Shown here piece by piece: positions 60,283 to 62,520 of a stretch of 62,520 nucleotides of DNA; the stretch's first letter is position 1; each line of letters begins with the position of its first letter. The DNA comes from Opitutales bacterium. GTDB lineage: Bacteria; Verrucomicrobiota; Verrucomicrobiia; Opitutales; JABSRG01. A model generated the notes under the pieces. The model was not told the DNA's origin. It saw only the letters and a program-made list of their open reading frames with translations, and ran no database searches. The stretch lies in NCBI GenBank assembly GCA_049599475.1, contig JBMYOQ010000018.1:1-62520 (forward strand), written 5' to 3'. A program made the translations under genes and the position numbers.

Positions 60283-60390
60283 GAGTTGAGAAAGTGTTTT
60301 AGAAAGTTAGAAGAGGAAGAGTCTACGGAAATTTCCGTTTCTTCAAAAAGAGATTTGAATTTTTTGTAGAATTGGAGTGCTCAAGCGGTC

Positions 60391-60795
60391 TCAACCGGTG
60401 ATTCTTTTTGAGAATTCCTCAACAAATTTCGGGTGAGGCCGGATTAGTCGGCCTTCCGGGTTGATGAAAGTGTGGGTCGTGGAACCGGTGACAAGCAGAG
60501 TGGATTCACGCATGACCTCGTATGTAATATACAGGCGTGCTTTAGGAGCATCGGATACCCGAGCAATCACCTCTAGCCGGTCGTCGAATCGAGCGGGAGA
60601 GCGATATTTTAGCTGACACTCCAACACGGGCAACATGTAGCCTTCTGCCTCGAGCTGGGTGTATGGGAGGCCTACTTCGTCGAGCATATGGATGCGGGCA
60701 GTCTCAAACCAAGCCAAGTAATTGGCGTGATAGACGACCCCCATTTGGTCGGTTTCGGCGTAGCGCACTCGGATTTGGACCCTAGATTCAACCAT
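60391..60795 (-). CDS. Acyl-CoA thioesterase (YbgC/FadM family)
   Basis: VRYAETDQMGVVYHANY motif; likely start ATG 60795. Confidence 0.92.
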   Translation of the reverse strand: MVESRVQIRVRYAETDQMGVVYHANYLAWFETARIHMLDEVGLPYTQLEAEGYMLPVLECQLKYRSPARFDDRLEVIARVSDAPKARLYITYEVMRESTLLVTGSTTHTFINPEGRLIRPHPKFVEEFSKRITG

Positions 60796-60869
60796 TGTCC
60801 TTAACATGTTTTTGAAAACACCAGCCTTGCAAGCCCACAAAATCGTGGCAGCGTGGTGGGTTTTTATTT

Positions 60870-61211
60870 GTGAGCGAAGCAAGGGATACAAAACAGACGG
60901 ATAAACCGGGCTTTAAACGGTCTTTGATGACGGCTATGGCGTGGGTCTCTTTCTTCGTAAATTGGTGGCTCACCCTGGCGCTGATCGGGGCTACGGGCGG
61001 CTGCTTGCTAGGATTGCTCATCGGAATAACCTGGGATCCAGCCGATATTGGAGTCTGGCAGACGACTCAATATGGCATCAAATACGGTGCTACCTATGTG
61101 GGAAAAATCTGGGGAATAGGGATTACCATCGTAATGACTTTTGCGAAAGCGATGAGCCTGCATCGCCGAGGACAGGGTATATTGGAAGGCGGGCATTGGC
61201 CGCAGTTTTAA
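60870..61211 (+). CDS. Hypothetical membrane protein
   Basis: 113-aa ORF with two hydrophobic segments, first of a tight three-gene run. Confidence 0.6.
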   Translation: MSEARDTKQTDKPGFKRSLMTAMAWVSFFVNWWLTLALIGATGGCLLGLLIGITWDPADIGVWQTTQYGIKYGATYVGKIWGIGITIVMTFAKAMSLHRRGQGILEGGHWPQF

Positions 61212-61215
61212 GATT

Positions 61216-61809
61216 ATGATGACTTTAAGTGGTAAAGAGCGCTTTATGGTGTTCGGTGTTGGATTTGGCCTGGGTCTCTTGCTCATTGGCTTCATACACA
61301 ACCGTCGGGCTGCGCAGGGGCCCGAGGGCACGGAGAGCATGGCGAAGAAGGTCATTCGCGATGTGGTTTCGTCCACGGGTGTGAGACCTCTGCCTGAGGG
61401 CACCCCAGAGATTTTACGCCAGAGCCGTCTATTTAGCTTCGATGTGATTACTTCCAACGAAGACGGGTCCGCCACTACGATCTGGAATCTTGAAATGCTC
61501 GAAGGCATGTGGCCCTGGGTCCGAGTCTCGAGCAAGCAAGCCTTGGATCAGACCCAAGCTCCCGAAGTCGCGGTGGTCGCGGGCGATAGGGTCCTCGTGA
61601 AACTAAAAGAAGGGCGTAGTCAGGAGGATTTATCTGAAGTAATCGCGGGAACGGACATGTCTCTTCTCGGATACTACGAATCGACTCAGCAGCATGTGAT
61701 AGGCGTTGACCCGGGTTTGCCTCTTGCTATTCCGTTATCAATAAGCCGCCTGGAACGTGCGGTCGATATCATTGAAGACGCAGACTATCATACACTAACG
61801 CATTTCTAA
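61216..61809 (+). CDS. Hypothetical membrane-anchored protein
   Basis: 197-aa ORF with an N-terminal TM; 4-6 bp gaps to its neighbours. Confidence 0.7.
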   Translation: MMTLSGKERFMVFGVGFGLGLLLIGFIHNRRAAQGPEGTESMAKKVIRDVVSSTGVRPLPEGTPEILRQSRLFSFDVITSNEDGSATTIWNLEMLEGMWPWVRVSSKQALDQTQAPEVAVVAGDRVLVKLKEGRSQEDLSEVIAGTDMSLLGYYESTQQHVIGVDPGLPLAIPLSISRLERAVDIIEDADYHTLTHF

Positions 61810-61815
61810 GAATCC

Positions 61816-62229
61816 ATGTTCGCCAAAATCAAAAGCCTTTTCGAAAAGCCAGACTTCGGTAAACTTCTTATCCGTATCGGTTTCGGAATTACCTTTATCG
61901 CCCTGGGTATTCCTAAGCTCGCTGGAGGCGTGGATAAATGGACGGGGATTGGCGCCGCTATGGCGAAAATCGGCCTGCCCTTGGAAGCCTTCTATCCAGC
62001 TTTTGGCCTGGCTGCGGCACTCGCTGAATTCTTGGGAGGTATTGCCATTCTCATTGGATTCGGATTCCGCACCGCCTGCTTTTTCCTCTGCTTTACGATG
62101 ATTGTTGCCGCGGCTACCCAGGTAGGCGGGGACCCGTGGTTCCAGGTTCTTTGGCCAGCGTCCATGGCGTTTTACTTCTTAGGCGCGATGTTTATGGGCC
62201 CTGGATCGATTTCGGTGCAGAAGGGGTAG
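61816..62229 (+). CDS. DoxX family membrane protein
   Basis: LLIRIGFG...PKL, AEFLGG...G...R and GPGSISV motifs. Confidence 0.9.
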   Translation: MFAKIKSLFEKPDFGKLLIRIGFGITFIALGIPKLAGGVDKWTGIGAAMAKIGLPLEAFYPAFGLAAALAEFLGGIAILIGFGFRTACFFLCFTMIVAAATQVGGDPWFQVLWPASMAFYFLGAMFMGPGSISVQKG

Positions 62230-62238
62230 TGGAGTGGT

Positions 62239-62381
62239 ATGTCGCTACCTTTCGAAAAAAAATGGGGTAGCAACCGATCTCCGAACGGTTGAAGACAGCC
62301 ATTTCGCCCAGCTGATACGCCGCATTCGGCCGCTGCCGATGACATTATCCTAACCTCAGCGCCATTGCTTTGCCATCTCCG
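62239..62381. repeat. Cluster of REP-like fragments related to the 6.3-kb composite
   Basis: atgtcgctacctt (62239-62251) equals 6303-6315. 62358-62381 is the reverse complement of 6287-6310 with 2 mismatches. GTAG hairpin at 62266-62291. Confidence 0.65.
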
Positions 62382-62520
62382 GCAAGCCTAAGTCCGTTGT
62401 CCTCAGCGTCCGTGGAGCCGATCGCAGCGGACATTGAGGACACTGTTCCTCCCGAGTTTACGAAATTACTTTTGGAAATAGTCTATATCGGTTCTCAAAA
62501 GTGTTTTCGTTTATTTTGGT

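Overview
Chromosomal window from a probable marine Verrucomicrobiota (Opitutales/Puniceicoccales-like) bacterium. The lineage is inferred from the ECF sigma type, a Verru_Chthon cassette-A-like gene, a double-length UvrA and lineage-typical C-terminal tails. Bases 1-20 kb are an accessory region. It holds a decaying tandem array of [ECF sigma - FecR/DNRLRE anti-sigma - secreted modular protein] cassettes whose secreted genes share and swap near-identical DNA modules. One cassette has collapsed into an in-frame sigma::anti-sigma chimera, and another has a single amber codon in its sigma. The region also holds a large LVIVD/YVTN/di-heme secreted protein, nested REP-like palindromes, a pRiA4b ORF3 gene bracketed by two 9-nt-periodic palindromes, and a frameshifted cassette-A-like gene. 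Bases 20-35.6 kb carry mpaA plus a dipeptide epimerase, an ACP-FabZ fusion with two GT4 glycosyltransferases, an amidohydrolase, USP and SulP with a candidate leader peptide, pyrD and an S8 protease. Bases 35.8-53.6 kb are a 21-gene flagellar basal-body/export operon (flgB to flhA, no motAB) with a sigma54-like site inside fliK. Bases 53.6-62.5 kb carry the double UvrA, trxB, a thioesterase, two hypothetical genes and DoxX. No tRNA, rRNA, CRISPR array or intact transposase was recognised. All family assignments come from motif recognition by eye; no database searches were run.
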